DNA of 63,984 nt, the filler included, from Octopus bimaculoides (lineage: Eukaryota): the NCBI RefSeq assembly GCF_001194135.2. It is 10 parts of 10 records of this genome, joined end to end, with 100 filler letters (N's around TTAATTAATTAA, not from the genome) between each part and the next. Parts side by side here need not be neighbours in the genome. Positions count along the whole stretch, not along the records: positions 33,880 to 39,851 come from NC_068985.1; positions 39,952 to 45,051 come from NC_068992.1; positions 45,152 to 47,851 come from NW_026391262.1; positions 47,952 to 49,957 come from NW_026351050.1; positions 50,058 to 56,750 come from NC_068984.1; 5 more parts are not named here. The stretch is one strand, 5' to 3'. Of this stretch, positions 37,891 through 50,190 are shown one piece after another (position 1 is the first letter of the stretch; each line of letters opens with the position of its first letter). A model generated the notes under the pieces. It was not told the DNA's origin, made no database searches, and was given only the letters and a program-made list of their open reading frames with translations. The translations under genes were made by a program, and so were the position numbers.

Positions 37891-38121
37891 ACAGAGAACT
37901 ATCAATTTGTTAACATTTTGTCATTTTACACTTGTCTACAATTATTTCTATATCTACTCTCATTCAAATTACAAAAATATGAATTAAATTGCATTTTGAA
38001 AATAGAATTGCAATTTTTCAAAATGCAATTTTAATTTACAAGTTTGTAATTTGAATGAGAGCAAATATGGAAACAATTGTAGGCAAGTGTAAAATGTTAA
38101 TAAATTGATAGTTCCCTGTTC
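37889..38121. mobile_element. About 230-bp foldback MITE-like element
   Basis: gaacagagaactatcaattt pairs with aaattgatagttccctgttc; inner arms such as cattcaaattacaaa/tttgtaatttgaatg and attgcattttgaaaa/ttttcaaaatgcaat also pair. Confidence 0.85.
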
Positions 38122-39061
38122 GTACTCTCCATTTTCTTCTTTATCATATACTTTAATAAATTATACCCATATATATCGAAGCGAAACAAACATCTATAAA
38201 AAAATACCTGAACTTCATAATGTGTTTGATATTGGTGCCTATTAAATGATAAACACCAATACTACTACGTAAAACTGGACTCCTGAAAATTTCATCGATA
38301 TCTATATACTAATAAAAGTGAAGTTCAATCTTGCTTGCTTGCACTGTTACACAGCCAAACTGGCGCATAATGGAAAATACTATGAATTAAGTTGTCCCTG
38401 AAATGTTAATACGAACAGAATGAAACAAGTTTCGCGTAAATCGGAGCAGTAGTTATTGAGATGTTCAGGGTTTGGGGGGTATAAATGCCCAAAACGATGT
38501 ATAATGCCGAATAGAACTTCATCCTGAAAGGAAGAAACTCTAACCCTTCGATTAGACACAGTGATTTGACAATAAAGAAATACGATTTTTTCTTTTTTTT
38601 TTGCAGTAAATGTTTCTATTTTCGCTTCTGTTAAACACAATATTTTAATCATTTAGAAAGATTTTTAAGTGAGTGTGATTTTAAAAATGTAAGTTGTTTG
38701 TACAGTAAGTATTTATATTTCAGCTATCTTTAAACAGACAATATTTTAATGTTTTTTAAAAATTACTTAAAATTATATATTTAAAATCTACTTTAAAGTG
38801 ATAATGACTTTAAAAATACAGTAAATATTTCGTAAAAGACCCGTTCGTAACCTAGGTGTGAAATAATTTTTTTCCATAATTTTTTTTCGAGTGCATTCAG
38901 CGTATCTCACCTCCAAAGATTTGACTACTATTTCTAGCACGCTCTGCTACCACGTAACAGCTATTTGTGATAAAGAACCTGAAATATCTGTTACGTGGTA
39001 GCAGGGCGTGCAAGAAATAGCAGCCAAATCGGATCTTTTCCCTTTGAACAGCAGATCGAGA

Positions 39062-39851
39062 AATTAATTTTTTGTAACTATACACTTTCAAACTTTGAAC
39101 ACTGATAGAATGTGTCACATAAACATCTTTTACTCTTAGTGTTGTCGAGAAAAGTTTATATTTTCAAAATTATTTCGTGTTAAAGTAGTCGTATTTCGGT
39201 AATTTTAACCAATCAAGGACGTGTATTCAGCAGAATAAAATTACTGCCGTTGTTTGTCAACAACAACTATCGCCGGTGTATTTTTCGTTTGTCACTGTTA
39301 TTTATGACATGGTTCGTGCGTTTTGTTTTAGCTTTAGAGGAGTTAGGGTTAGGGTTTTAAGGTTAGAGTTAGGGTTTTAGGGTTAGGGTTGTGGTTTTAG
39401 GGTTAGAGTTACGGAAAAAAGTGAAAAATGAAGAAATTTGGGGGGGGGATGGGGGCAAAAAAGTCTTTCCGAAAATAGTAGCTAAAAAACAGGAAGAAAA
39501 AAAACTAAAAGCAGTAGAAATGCACGAACGATTGTGGTGGTGCCATGAAGTAAACATGCTTCAGATACACTCGTTTATTCATACAAACGTAACTGGGATG
39601 AAATATGTCATAAATAACAGTGACAAACAAAATATACACCGCCGGAAGTTGTTGTTGGCAAAGAACAGCAGTAATTTTATTCAGCTGAATACACGCCATT
39701 GATTGGTTGAAATTACCGAAACACGACTTTAACACGAAATAACTTTGAAAATACAAACTTTTCTCAACAACACTAAGAGTAAAAGATGTTTTATATGACA
39801 CATTCTACCAGTGTCCGAAGTTTGAAAGTGTTTAGTTACAAAAAATTAATT
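39062..39851. mobile_element. Foldback element with about 250-bp terminal inverted repeats and internal TTAGGG-like repeats
   Basis: 39062-39310 mirrors 39605-39851 (aattaattttttgtaacta / tagttacaaaaaattaatt); gttagggttaggg-type repeats at 39340-39412. Confidence 0.88.
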
Positions 39852-40479
39852 NNNNNNNNNNNNNNNNNNNNNNNNNNNNNNNNNNNNNNNNNNNNTTAAT
39901 TAATTAANNNNNNNNNNNNNNNNNNNNNNNNNNNNNNNNNNNNNNNNNNNNTATATATATATATATATATATGTATGTATATACATATAGCTGTGCGTGT
40001 GTATGTGTGTGTTTGTGCATTTGTGTATGTGTATTCTGTAGAAAATTCATTGCTAGCGGCTGATCAAGTTTCTGTCTGCAGAACTAATAAATCTCTCTGA
40101 CAGAAAATTAACATGGTGTTGCTAATGATGTTGATGATAAAACCGGAGGTGATGTCTATTGTAGTAATAATGACGATAATAACAACAACGATGATCATGA
40201 GAATAATAAGAACTATGTTCATATTGATATGTCTTAACAATGATTATCGTTCTTTATACTATAGACACAAGACCTACAATTTTGAGTGAAGAGTTTGGTC
40301 GAGTACATCAACTGTATACTTCAACTAGGACTTGTTTCATCGTTTTCTGAAAGAATGCAAGGCGAAATTGACTTCGAATTCCTATCGTAAAGACAGACGA
40401 AATAGTGTTTTGCCTTTTGTGCAGCGTGGCAACAACTTTGTTAGCATGCCGATTTAATAATAATAATAACAATAATACT

Positions 40480-40680
40480 TTCTTCTAAAGGCATAAGCCC
40501 TGAAAGTTTGGGGGAGAAGACTTGTCGATTACATCGAGTCGTTTGTTTCACTGGTACTTGATTTATCGATTCCAAAAGATAAAGTTGACTCTGGTGGAAT
40601 TTGAACTTAGAACGTAAAGACAGACGAAACGCCGCTAAGCATTCTGCCCGGTATGTTAACGATTCTTCCAGCTCACCGTT
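40480..40680 (-). mobile_element. SINE family B
   Basis: aggcataagccctgaaagtttggggg...ggaatttgaacttagaacgtaaagacagacgaaacgccgctaagc...ccagctcaccg. An older decayed copy lies at 40255-40450. Confidence 0.85.
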
Positions 40681-40709
40681 CTGATAGTAACAGTAATAAT
40701 AATGATTTC

Positions 40710-41515
40710 ATTTATTCTCTACAAGGGCGAATGATGAAGGAGACAATACAAAGACAGGCATAAAGTGTGGGAGTTTACATACAATGAAATGACACAAAAT
40801 GATAACAAAAAGAAATATACAGGGTATACACTGAAAAAGATGATAATATGCATAAGATACAAAGGTTAAAAAAAAGGGGCGGGGAGGATGATAGAGATAT
40901 GGCTCTCCTAATACAGTAAGCCCTCTAGGGATAATCGAGGAACCCCCACTGTCTGAAATTTCCCTGAAACCCCAGGAGCAAGTGCCCTCTCCATTTCTTT
41001 CCCTGCGACTCACAGGTCTATATTTAGAAAGGTACCATCCACTCTTGCAATTTTTGCAACTTTCATCCACCCTTCAATAAACTCACTCGAGGACAGCACT
41101 TCCCTCTCCACTCTCAATTTCCTTTTCATGTGAAACTTGAAGAAGTCAAGGAGACCTCTACCAAAGGGGAATGTATCTGTTCTCATGTCTTTCAGCCTTG
41201 TCCACCAAACAACCACATTCGCCACAGCCACCAGACAAAGGAAAGCTGTGTTGCCTGTCCGATTAAAGGAAGGCGGTGGTGCGACCATCACTACAGACTC
41301 GGCGGCCGACAGACAGATACATCCCGCACGTGACAGCAGCTGTTCGACATAACTCCACAAGTCAGTAATGCTCGACACTGGACGAGCGCGTGAAGAACCG
41401 TTTCGTCACTCTGCGCGCATCTCGGACAAGCCCATCTGACAGCACATCCGTGCCTGTAGAGTTTGTCTATAACCAGTAGCGCCTTCTGGTAGCACTACCA
41501 CGCCAAATGGTTTCC
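40710..41515 (-). mobile_element. Tx1/L1-type LINE 3' end (ORF2 C-terminal CCHC zinc finger + 3' UTR)
   Basis: Translation KALLVIDKLYRHGCAVRWACPRCAQSDETVLHALVQC, frameshift, then SSITDLWSYVEQLL...AFLCLVAVANVVVWWTR...KRKLRVEREVLSSSEFIEGW; AATAAA lies near the 3' end. Confidence 0.82.
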
Positions 41516-41524
41516 AAGTTTGAA

Positions 41525-41625
41525 ACACAAGCAGCAACTTTTGGGAGGGAATGAGTCGATTATGTCGACCTCAGTCTTTAACTCGTACTTATTTTATCGA
41601 CCCCGAAACGGATGAAAGGCAAATG

Positions 41626-41658
<33 letters not shown>

Positions 41659-41897
41659 TTAAAAATAATAATAATAATAATCCTTTCTACTGGAAGCACA
41701 AGGCCTCAAATTTAGGGGAAGAGATTAAGTCGATTACATCGACCCCAATGCGTAACTGGTACTTATTTAATCGACCCTGATAGGATGAAAGGCAACGTCG
41801 ACCTGGGCGGAATTTGAACTCAGAACATAGCGATAGACAAAATACCGCTGAGAATTTCGCCCGGCTTGCTAACAATTCTGCCAGTTCGCCGCCTGAA

Positions 41898-41932
<35 letters not shown>

Positions 41933-42085
41933 TTATTAGTAGTAGTAGTAGTAGTAGTAGTACTAGTAGTAGTTTCAAATTTTTTCACATGGGCAACAAT
42001 TCTGTGGGAGGAGATGAGTCGATTCCATCGATACTACTGTTTAACTGGTAATTGATTTATCGACCCTGAAAGGATGAAAGGTAAA
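41525..42085 (-). mobile_element. Three family B SINE copies (41525-41623 partial, 41680-41895 near full, 41985-42085 partial) with (AAT)/(ATT)/(AGT) spacers
   Basis: Repeated gagtcgatt...atcgacc...aaggatgaaagg motif. Confidence 0.88.
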
Positions 42086-42690
42086 GACGCATCACGTGGC
42101 AGTACGACATAATTAAACGTCACCCGTCAGCAGACTGATGCCTGAAGGTTGCATCAAGTGGCTTCTAGCGGTGCAAGCTCGATTTACAACTGGCTTGTCC
42201 CATAGAGAACGTTTGCGATTACTACTGGGTACCCGGCTCGTATATGATATAATTTTCTTTTCTTGGGGTGGAGTCAAACTTTGATATTGTAATGAAGAGT
42301 GGTACTATCCTTTTTTACAATCTCTGCCTTACTGAGCAAAACTAAATTAACTCTCTAAGATTCAGATTTACTAGAGACACAATGTCAATGGTGCATATGC
42401 TCCATCAAAATTAATCATATTTTCATTTCATTATTTCAATATTTTAAAACAATATGCTGTGATAAAATAATACTATGTTATTATTTAGAAATTCTTAAAT
42501 AGTGGAATGTTACCAGATGAAATTTGCATTCATTTGTAGTCACTATTGCTCACAATTCTCTAGAGAGAGCGTAATGAAATTGCTCTTGGAAAGATGTAGT
42601 TTGCAATGCTAATATGAGAAACGCGCTTACGAAAAAAAATTATGGCCATCGGAGACATACATACATAAATATATACATACATACGCATAT

Positions 42691-42731
<41 letters not shown>

Positions 42732-43430
42732 CGCGCGCGCACACACACATATGTATATGGTCACACAAACACACATTTATAAAAATATTGCTGTCCTTAC
42801 TCTACGTATCTCTACCACCTTTTCGAAACACACACACACACNNNNNNNNNNNNNNNNNNNNNNNNNNNNNNNNNNNNNNNNNNNNNNNNNNNNNNNNNNN
42901 NNNNNNNNNNNNNNNNNNNNNNNNNNNNNNNNNNNNNNNNNNNNNNNNNNNNNNNNNNNNNNNNNNNNNNNNNNNNNNNNNNNNNNNNNNNNNNNNNNNN
43001 NNNNNNNNNNNNNNNNNNNNNNNNNNNNNNNNNNNNNNNNNNNNNNNNNNNNNNNNNNNNNNNNNNNNNNNNNNNNNNNNNNNNNNNNNNNNNNNNNNNN
43101 NNNNNNNNNNNNNNNNNNNNNNNNNNNNNNNNNNNNNNNNNNNNNNNNNNNNNNNNNNNNNNNNNNNNNNNNNNNNNNNNNNNNNNNNNNNNNNNNNNNN
43201 NNNNNNNNNNNNNNNNNNNNNNNNNNNNNNNNNNNNNNNNNNNNNNNNNNNNNNNNNNNNNNNNNNNNNNNNNNNNNNNNNNNNNNNNNNNNNNNNNNNN
43301 NNNNNNNNNNNNNNNNNNNNNNNNNNNNNNNNNNNNNNNNNNNNNNNNNNNNNNNNNNNNNNNNNNNNNNNNNNNNNNNNNNNNNNNNNNNNNNNNNNNN
43401 NNNNNNNNNNNNNNNNNNNNNNNNNNNNNN

Positions 43431-43463
<33 letters not shown>

Positions 43464-43829
43464 TCAATGTATCATATATCTGAAAAAGAAGTACACATCA
43501 ATGAAGTACAAAAATTAATAAAATAAATATCTGTTCTTAGAGTGACCAATTGCTTTGCATCCACGAAGGCTGTAGCCTCGCGGATGACTCTAGTCCGAAA
43601 CAAATTTAACGCTTCAGCTCTGGAAGCCAGAAATTTGTTACGGTCATCGGTCATTTCGTCATCAAAAAATAAATAGTCAGGCGTTATTGAGGAAGTGTTT
43701 TCTCCTGTTGACCACCAGTTATTTGTAGACCGGGAGAGGGTGGAAAAAGTGATTTATCTTTTGTGCTGCTTTTGGATCGTATGCAGTAGGTAGCGCTCAA
43801 AAGTGTTGCATGGTGTCACTTGTTCTAAC

Positions 43830-44205
43830 AAGTGTTTTACTTGTTTCAATCTTTGGCATGCAGCCATTCTGGAGCACCGTAATGAAAGGTTTTAATCGAC
43901 CGAATCGATCTCTTTACTCTATTTTAAAACTAGGTTCTTATTCCCTCACATCTCCGTTGCTTAACGGTTAATTTTCGGGGACACAAACAAAAACCTTCCG
44001 TGGCCAAGAGGTAATGAGGAACAACCACAATGAAGCACACACGCATATGAACGCATTCTTTCGGTTTCTGTTTAACATATCCACTCGCCAGGCTTTGGTG
44101 GTCTCGGGTACTTTGGTGGAAAATAACTGTCGAAGGTGCCACGCACTGGACTTAAACCCAAACCCGGTGGTCTAGATCAAATATCTTACCAATCAGCCAC
44201 CCATG
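43830..44205 (-). mobile_element. Decayed full-length SINE family A
   Basis: Tail ttttacttgtttcaatc...ctggagcaccg through to head gaaggtgccacgcactggacttaaacc...cagccacccatgc. Confidence 0.7.
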
Positions 44206-45006
44206 CATCTCTTTGTGTGTGTTTGCATGTGTGCGCTTGTTTGCAAGTGTATATGTGTTTATGTGCGCGCGCGCGTGGTTGTTTGCGTGTGCGTGCGTTT
44301 GTGTAAAGACAGACATACTTATAAACAGACCGACAGAGCAGCTAGATAGAGAGAAAGGGGGGAGATAGAAAGAGAGCGAGAGAAAAACAAGGGATAGAGA
44401 GCTACACAGACACACACACATACACATACACATACACACCCATATATATATATTTATATATAGGAGAGACAGAGAGAAGGGGAAAGAGAGAGTGAGAGGG
44501 GAGTCCAGCCTGTCAACTTCAAATTATTAACCAATCGAAGTTGATGGAAGAAAAACATTGCGTTATGTAGCGGGTAATCAGTTCAAATCAAAGACAGCGT
44601 ATTTGGCAAAAGAACTTCTTAACTCAACGACCATTCACAAATCTATGTCACTTAATGTTTAAAATTCTGTATTCGATCGTGGAAAAATATGAGTCACTTC
44701 TGCTAACAATGTTTTAGACAAGAAATATTCGATTCATAATAAAAAAAAAATTACTACGGGATAGCATTTAACAACGGTATTGTACACATTGTCTATTGGT
44801 AAATGAATCAATCTAGATGAGACGAGCTATATCGATCGCTATAAATTGGTCATACAATACAAAGCTTCGATTTTGACATCAGGACAACATCAAAAATAAA
44901 TTAATATATTCCAAGTGTGAACGACACCGCTGCTGTGAAAAGAGCAGGCATCATAGAAATTAACGTTCTCTGGTGCTGTCTAGCTGAAGCAGTGTATGCG
45001 TGTCTG

Positions 45007-45051
<45 letters not shown>

Positions 45052-45349
45052 NNNNNNNNNNNNNNNNNNNNNNNNNNNNNNNNNNNNNNNNNNNNTTAAT
45101 TAATTAANNNNNNNNNNNNNNNNNNNNNNNNNNNNNNNNNNNNNNNNNNNNATATATATATATATATATATAAGCGGTATTTAATGAATAGATTCTCTTT
45201 GAACCGTACTCCGTCGAAGAGTTTGTCGGGGAAACCAAACTCGATCGGTAAAGAGAGTATGACTCACTGTTGTCTTTCTGCTATCGTCTTTGCCTATCTG
45301 TATTGTAATGCCGCATATTGTAGTGTTTGGAAAGTCTTGCATCCTCACC

Positions 45350-45570
45350 AAATCTTTTCAAATTTTGGCACATGGCCAACAGTTTCGTGGGAGGAAGTAA
45401 ATCGATTACATCGACCCCTCTGCTGAGCTGTTACTTATTATATTCAACCCGAGAAGATGAAAGGCAAAATCGACCTTGGTGGAATTTGAACTCCGAACGT
45501 AACGACGGAAAAATTGCCGTTAAACAATTGTGTTCGGCGTACTAACGGTTCTGCCAATTCGCCGCATTAA
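45350..45570 (-). mobile_element. SINE family B
   Basis: tcgattacatcgacccc...gaagatgaaaggcaaaatcgaccttggtggaatttgaactccgaacg...ctaacggttctgccaattcgccgc. Confidence 0.85.
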
Positions 45571-46969
45571 ATCTTCCCCAAGTATTGTTAATTTATCATA
45601 AATGTTACACCCTCTTGAAAACATCTTTGATTATAATGGACAAATAATGTTTCCCTATCTTGTTATGAGATATTTTGGCATTTGTTCTCTCATAGTACTG
45701 CGCAGCTACAACCTATTTATGTCCATTAGTTAGACAATGGAAAAGTTGCGAAAATAAGGACCCATGCCGAACGACATTGCAGGAGTATATCCTGTTTTTT
45801 ATTCACTTTTACATCATATTCTATGATATATGCCGTTTTTCTAGAATTGCACTTATTACCTTATATGACTCTTAATTCGCCCGATATTTATATTCATTCA
45901 CCCTTCCTACAAGTTTCGTTGATATTTCAATGATTAGGCATTTTATGTCCTTGTATTTCATATGATGGTTTCGAGGAAGAGCAGTACTCAAATGATAAAT
46001 CATGTGACAAGAAAAGCAGAAAGTGGAATGTATATGCCAATTAGAGGCTGCCGCTTCGGTGGTGAGAGTGTGTGAAGATTGTGATGTTAGAAAATGCTAA
46101 AAACGAACAATGCTAAAAACGAACTCGTTGCATTTTCTTTGAAATATAACATTAATGTTATATCTAAAGCATCATCTGTTTGTGCAAATAAGAGTGAGTG
46201 GGGTGCAAAACATTCAAATCTCGGGGAGAAAATGACTAAGTGTTTAACAAGTCAAAAATCTTTTGGTAACTATTTTCGTGATGTAGCTAGGCGTATGGGC
46301 ATAATTAATCCTAACTTAAAGGCTTGTGGCTACGGAGATTTCTTAACAATCCTAAGGAAAGGTAATTTATTTATCTATAATGAAGTAGGCAGTGCATCTG
46401 ATAAGGAAAGCGAATAATTCAAGAAGTGATTAAATGACTTACCTGTGAAGTGTTTTTAATTTCCCAACTGTAAAATGGGGATGAAATTTGGGTTATACTG
46501 GCATACACAAACTGCCGCACGTAAATTAACAAACATTATTAGACGATGATTTTCGCAGAGGCACCTGTTAAAGTTCGTGGTGGTGGAGAGGTCAGAATGT
46601 TCGAGATATTTGTAAAACATAATACCCCAGCTACCAATGTGTTATTATTCCAGGTGGTTATGATTCAACATATATGTCTCCAATGACTGCGCTTTCTCCC
46701 ATTTGTTTTTTGTACAATGTAAATGCCAAAACAATGTAATCCACTTTTCTGTTTTGGGTGTAACGATACTAATAATTTTGAACAACTCTCACACTAAGCC
46801 AGGTGATCATAAACATATTGATAATGCTAGTAAAATAAGGTCCGTGTCTCTGATACTCAATGTTATAATCCATAGTCCAAGCCTGAAAGAGACGATGTCG
46901 AAAAAAATTTAGACGAAGTTGAGGCAATAGAAAACAATCTAACGGATATACATGTGTGTGTGTGTGTCT

Positions 46970-47010
<41 letters not shown>

Positions 47011-47951
47011 TTTAGCAGAAACAACAGAGTGACTAATGTGCTGAGAGTTTCGTACATTGGCACTAATCATCTACTTGTTTGTGTGTGTAATTAATACAAA
47101 ATTAAGCAAAGAGAAATACCTCAAATGGACAGTAGTATGTATTTGAATGACATAAACCAATGTCAAATAACAGATAACATAAATTAATTCTTGATTTATT
47201 ATAGTTACCAAATGGCAATTGAGAGCAGCTCCTCTTGACAAGGGGAGATAATCTCAAGAATCCAGAATTTCTCGAAAATTAACATGCCATTGAAGAAAAT
47301 GAGAAGCTCATTGTTGGGATATATGACGGCCTTCCACACAGTTTCTCTCTACCAGATCCACTCGCAAAGCATTGATCAGCGCAGATCTATAGCAGAAGAC
47401 TGTTGCGCAAGGTGTTGAGTGGTAGAAATGAAGTGAAATTCTTTAACCACACAATGATTCTTGCAGCCTAGACTGGCACTTTATTTCATTAGCCCTAAAA
47501 TATGAACGACAAAACACTACTCACTGTGATTTGAAGGGAGAGCAATAAGGATCGTAACTAAATAACGAGACGCTTTTTTGTCATACAATAGATTCTGCCA
47601 TCAGCCATTCCGGTTTGGGGAAATAATCCCAGAAACGGACTATTAGATTACTTGTGTGTACGGGACTGAAGATTACCACAGGTTATATGACCTCCAATAC
47701 TTGACTGCTTCTCTTTTAATTCCTCCAGAAGAGGATGACCCACTGAGTTGTTCAACACCCGGATTCAACGATAGAAAAGGAAAGGAAATTATTAAATGTG
47801 ATAAAACATTCAGTCCGGCTTTCTACCATTTCAGAAAATCCCCCCCCCCCCNNNNNNNNNNNNNNNNNNNNNNNNNNNNNNNNNNNNNNNNNNNNTTAAT
47901 TAATTAANNNNNNNNNNNNNNNNNNNNNNNNNNNNNNNNNNNNNNNNNNNN

Positions 47952-47986
<35 letters not shown>

Positions 47987-48604
47987 CACACGCACGCACA
48001 CGCACACACACATACACACACACTTAAATAAAAATATATCATTGACCTGGAGGATCTCTCAATACATCTAGTAGAAAACATGCTCATTACTTTTACAAGA
48101 AATAGCTTGTCAGTAACTTCGAAGTTTCGGCCTACTTGTCTTCGCAAACTATTATATATTATACACACAGACGTTAATATATACATAAATATACAGTCGT
48201 AGTTATACATCTATACGTATTTGCATTGTGTTCGTTTTCCAATGACGAGGATCTGGGTTCGATTTATTTCTTCGCTGTTGCAAGTGTCACGTTGTATAGA
48301 CTCCAGAAGTTACAAACCTTGTAACCATAACATTGTTTAGAGTCTAGTGTAATTAAAAACACAGGCTTGTCACACACTGTATTACGCTGGTTGTGCTAGA
48401 GAAACAATTTTATGATACTCGTGTTTGTGAAATACTCAACTACTTACAAATTAATACAATGAGCAGGTAATTCAGTTCTTGATTATGTGAATTGTAACCG
48501 TTATCGTCAAACACTCATCGTGGAATCCGACGGAGGTTCAGAATTTCATGTTTATTACCTCATAATGATACCCAAACAAGTAGATTTTTAAATCATACCT
48601 CGAA

Positions 48605-48760
48605 ATTTAATTTAAAATTTACGACATGTGCCCCGTCTGTATCCCTGCAAACTTCAAATCTATTCTTAGCGATGCGAAACAGATTTTGAAGCATTTCAAG
48701 AAATATCTCCTGCATAGCTAACTGAATGCGATCTTTAAGTTCAGCTAAACTATTGCTCCG
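48605..48760 (-). mobile_element. Tc1/mariner-superfamily transposase C-terminal fragment
   Basis: Translation RSNSLAELKDRIQLAMQEIFLEMLQNLFRIAKNRFEVCRDTDGAHV matches the L.ELK.RI..A...I..EML........R...C....G.H terminal pattern of these transposases. Confidence 0.65.
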
Positions 48761-49281
48761 TCATGGAGATGGTAGTAGAGAATAAATGATTGCCGCCAAA
48801 TAGAGGAAAGAAAGCTTTCGTCGACAGATAAACAGGACCCAACAGAAATAAAAATAAAATTCTCAAACTAAAATAAAATTATATAAATTTAAAATTTATG
48901 CACCTTTTTAACATGTATTAAACATAAATAAAAGTGAGTTTTTAAAAAGTTGTCCGATTTCACAGAAATAGATTGTTAATTCTGGAATACCCTAAATGTA
49001 TGTATGTATGTATATATATATTGTCCTTTTATTNNNNNNNNNNNNNNNNNNNNNNNNNNNNNNNNNNNNNNNNNNNNNNNNNNNNNNNNNNNNNNNNNNN
49101 NNNNNNNNNNNNNNNNNNNNNNNNNNNNNNNNNNNNNNNNNNNNNNNNNNNNNNNNNNNNNNNNNNNNNNNNNNNNNNNNNNNNNNNNNNNNNNNNNNNN
49201 NNNNNNNNNNNNNNNNNNNNNNNNNNNNNNNNNNNNNNNNNNNNNNNNNNNNNNNNNNNNNNNNNNNNNNATATATATATA

Positions 49282-49655
49282 TGTGTGGCTGTGTGGTAAG
49301 AAGATTGCTTCCCAACTACATGCTTCCGCGTTCACTCCCACGGCGTGGCAACTTGGGCAAGTGTCTTCTACTATAGCTTCGGACCGACGAAAGCCTTGTG
49401 AGTGGATTTGGTAGGACACTGAAAGAAGCCTGTTCTATATATATGCATATATTTGTGTCAGTTTTTGTCCTTTCTGACCACCATTGCTTGACAACCGACG
49501 TTGGTATGTTTACATCCACGTAACATAGCGGTTCGGATAGAATAAGTACTAGGCTTACAAAGAATACGTCTTGGGGTGGATTTGTTCGACTAAAGCTGTG
49601 CTCCAGCATGGCCGCAGGTCAAAATGACTGAAGCAATTAAAAAAATAAAAGAATA
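49282..49655 (+). mobile_element. SINE family A, full length
   Basis: gtggctgtgtggtaagaagattgc through gtgctccagcatggccgcagg...gactgaagc. Confidence 0.9.
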
Positions 49656-49660
49656 AACGA

Positions 49661-49691
<31 letters not shown>

Positions 49692-49920
49692 CTCACACAT
49701 ATATATGCTCGAAATACGTGAGTAGAAAAACAGCCAATAACTGATGAAGGGTCGTTCTTTACGTTGTTCGTCTTGTTTTCCATTTGTATCGTTCGTTGTT
49801 CGAAAAAATAGCTCATATTCCATGTACTCATACTTCGTATTTTTTTTGTTTGTTTTTGCTGTACACGTTTCCTGATGTCCTGTGCCCACATATGTATGTA
49901 TATACGTTTAGATGTAAGTA

Positions 49921-49957
<37 letters not shown>

Positions 49958-50057
49958 NNNNNNNNNNNNNNNNNNNNNNNNNNNNNNNNNNNNNNNNNNN
50001 NTTAATTAATTAANNNNNNNNNNNNNNNNNNNNNNNNNNNNNNNNNNNNNNNNNNNN

Positions 50058-50190
50058 CTGCCTCTGACGCATAGGCCTGCCTCTGACGCATAGGCCTGCC
50101 TCTGACGCATAGGCCTGCCTCTGAAGCATAGGCCTGCCTCTGACGCATAGGCCTGCCTCTGACGCATAGGCCTGCCTCTGACGCATAGGC
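50058..50190. repeat. 19-bp minisatellite x7 (ctgcctctgacgcataggc)
   Basis: Seven consecutive units, one with a C to A variant, continuous with LINE sequence at 50191. Confidence 0.95.

Noticed and set aside
39340-39412. A true telomere or chromosome-fusion scar
   Set aside because: Short, degenerate and enclosed by the inverted repeats of a foldback element.
49700-49760. cgaaatacgtgagta...ctgatgaaggg as a permuted hammerhead
   Set aside because: Stem III does not give a U at 16.1 and no stem I or II closure could be drawn; may be a Penelope-terminus fragment.
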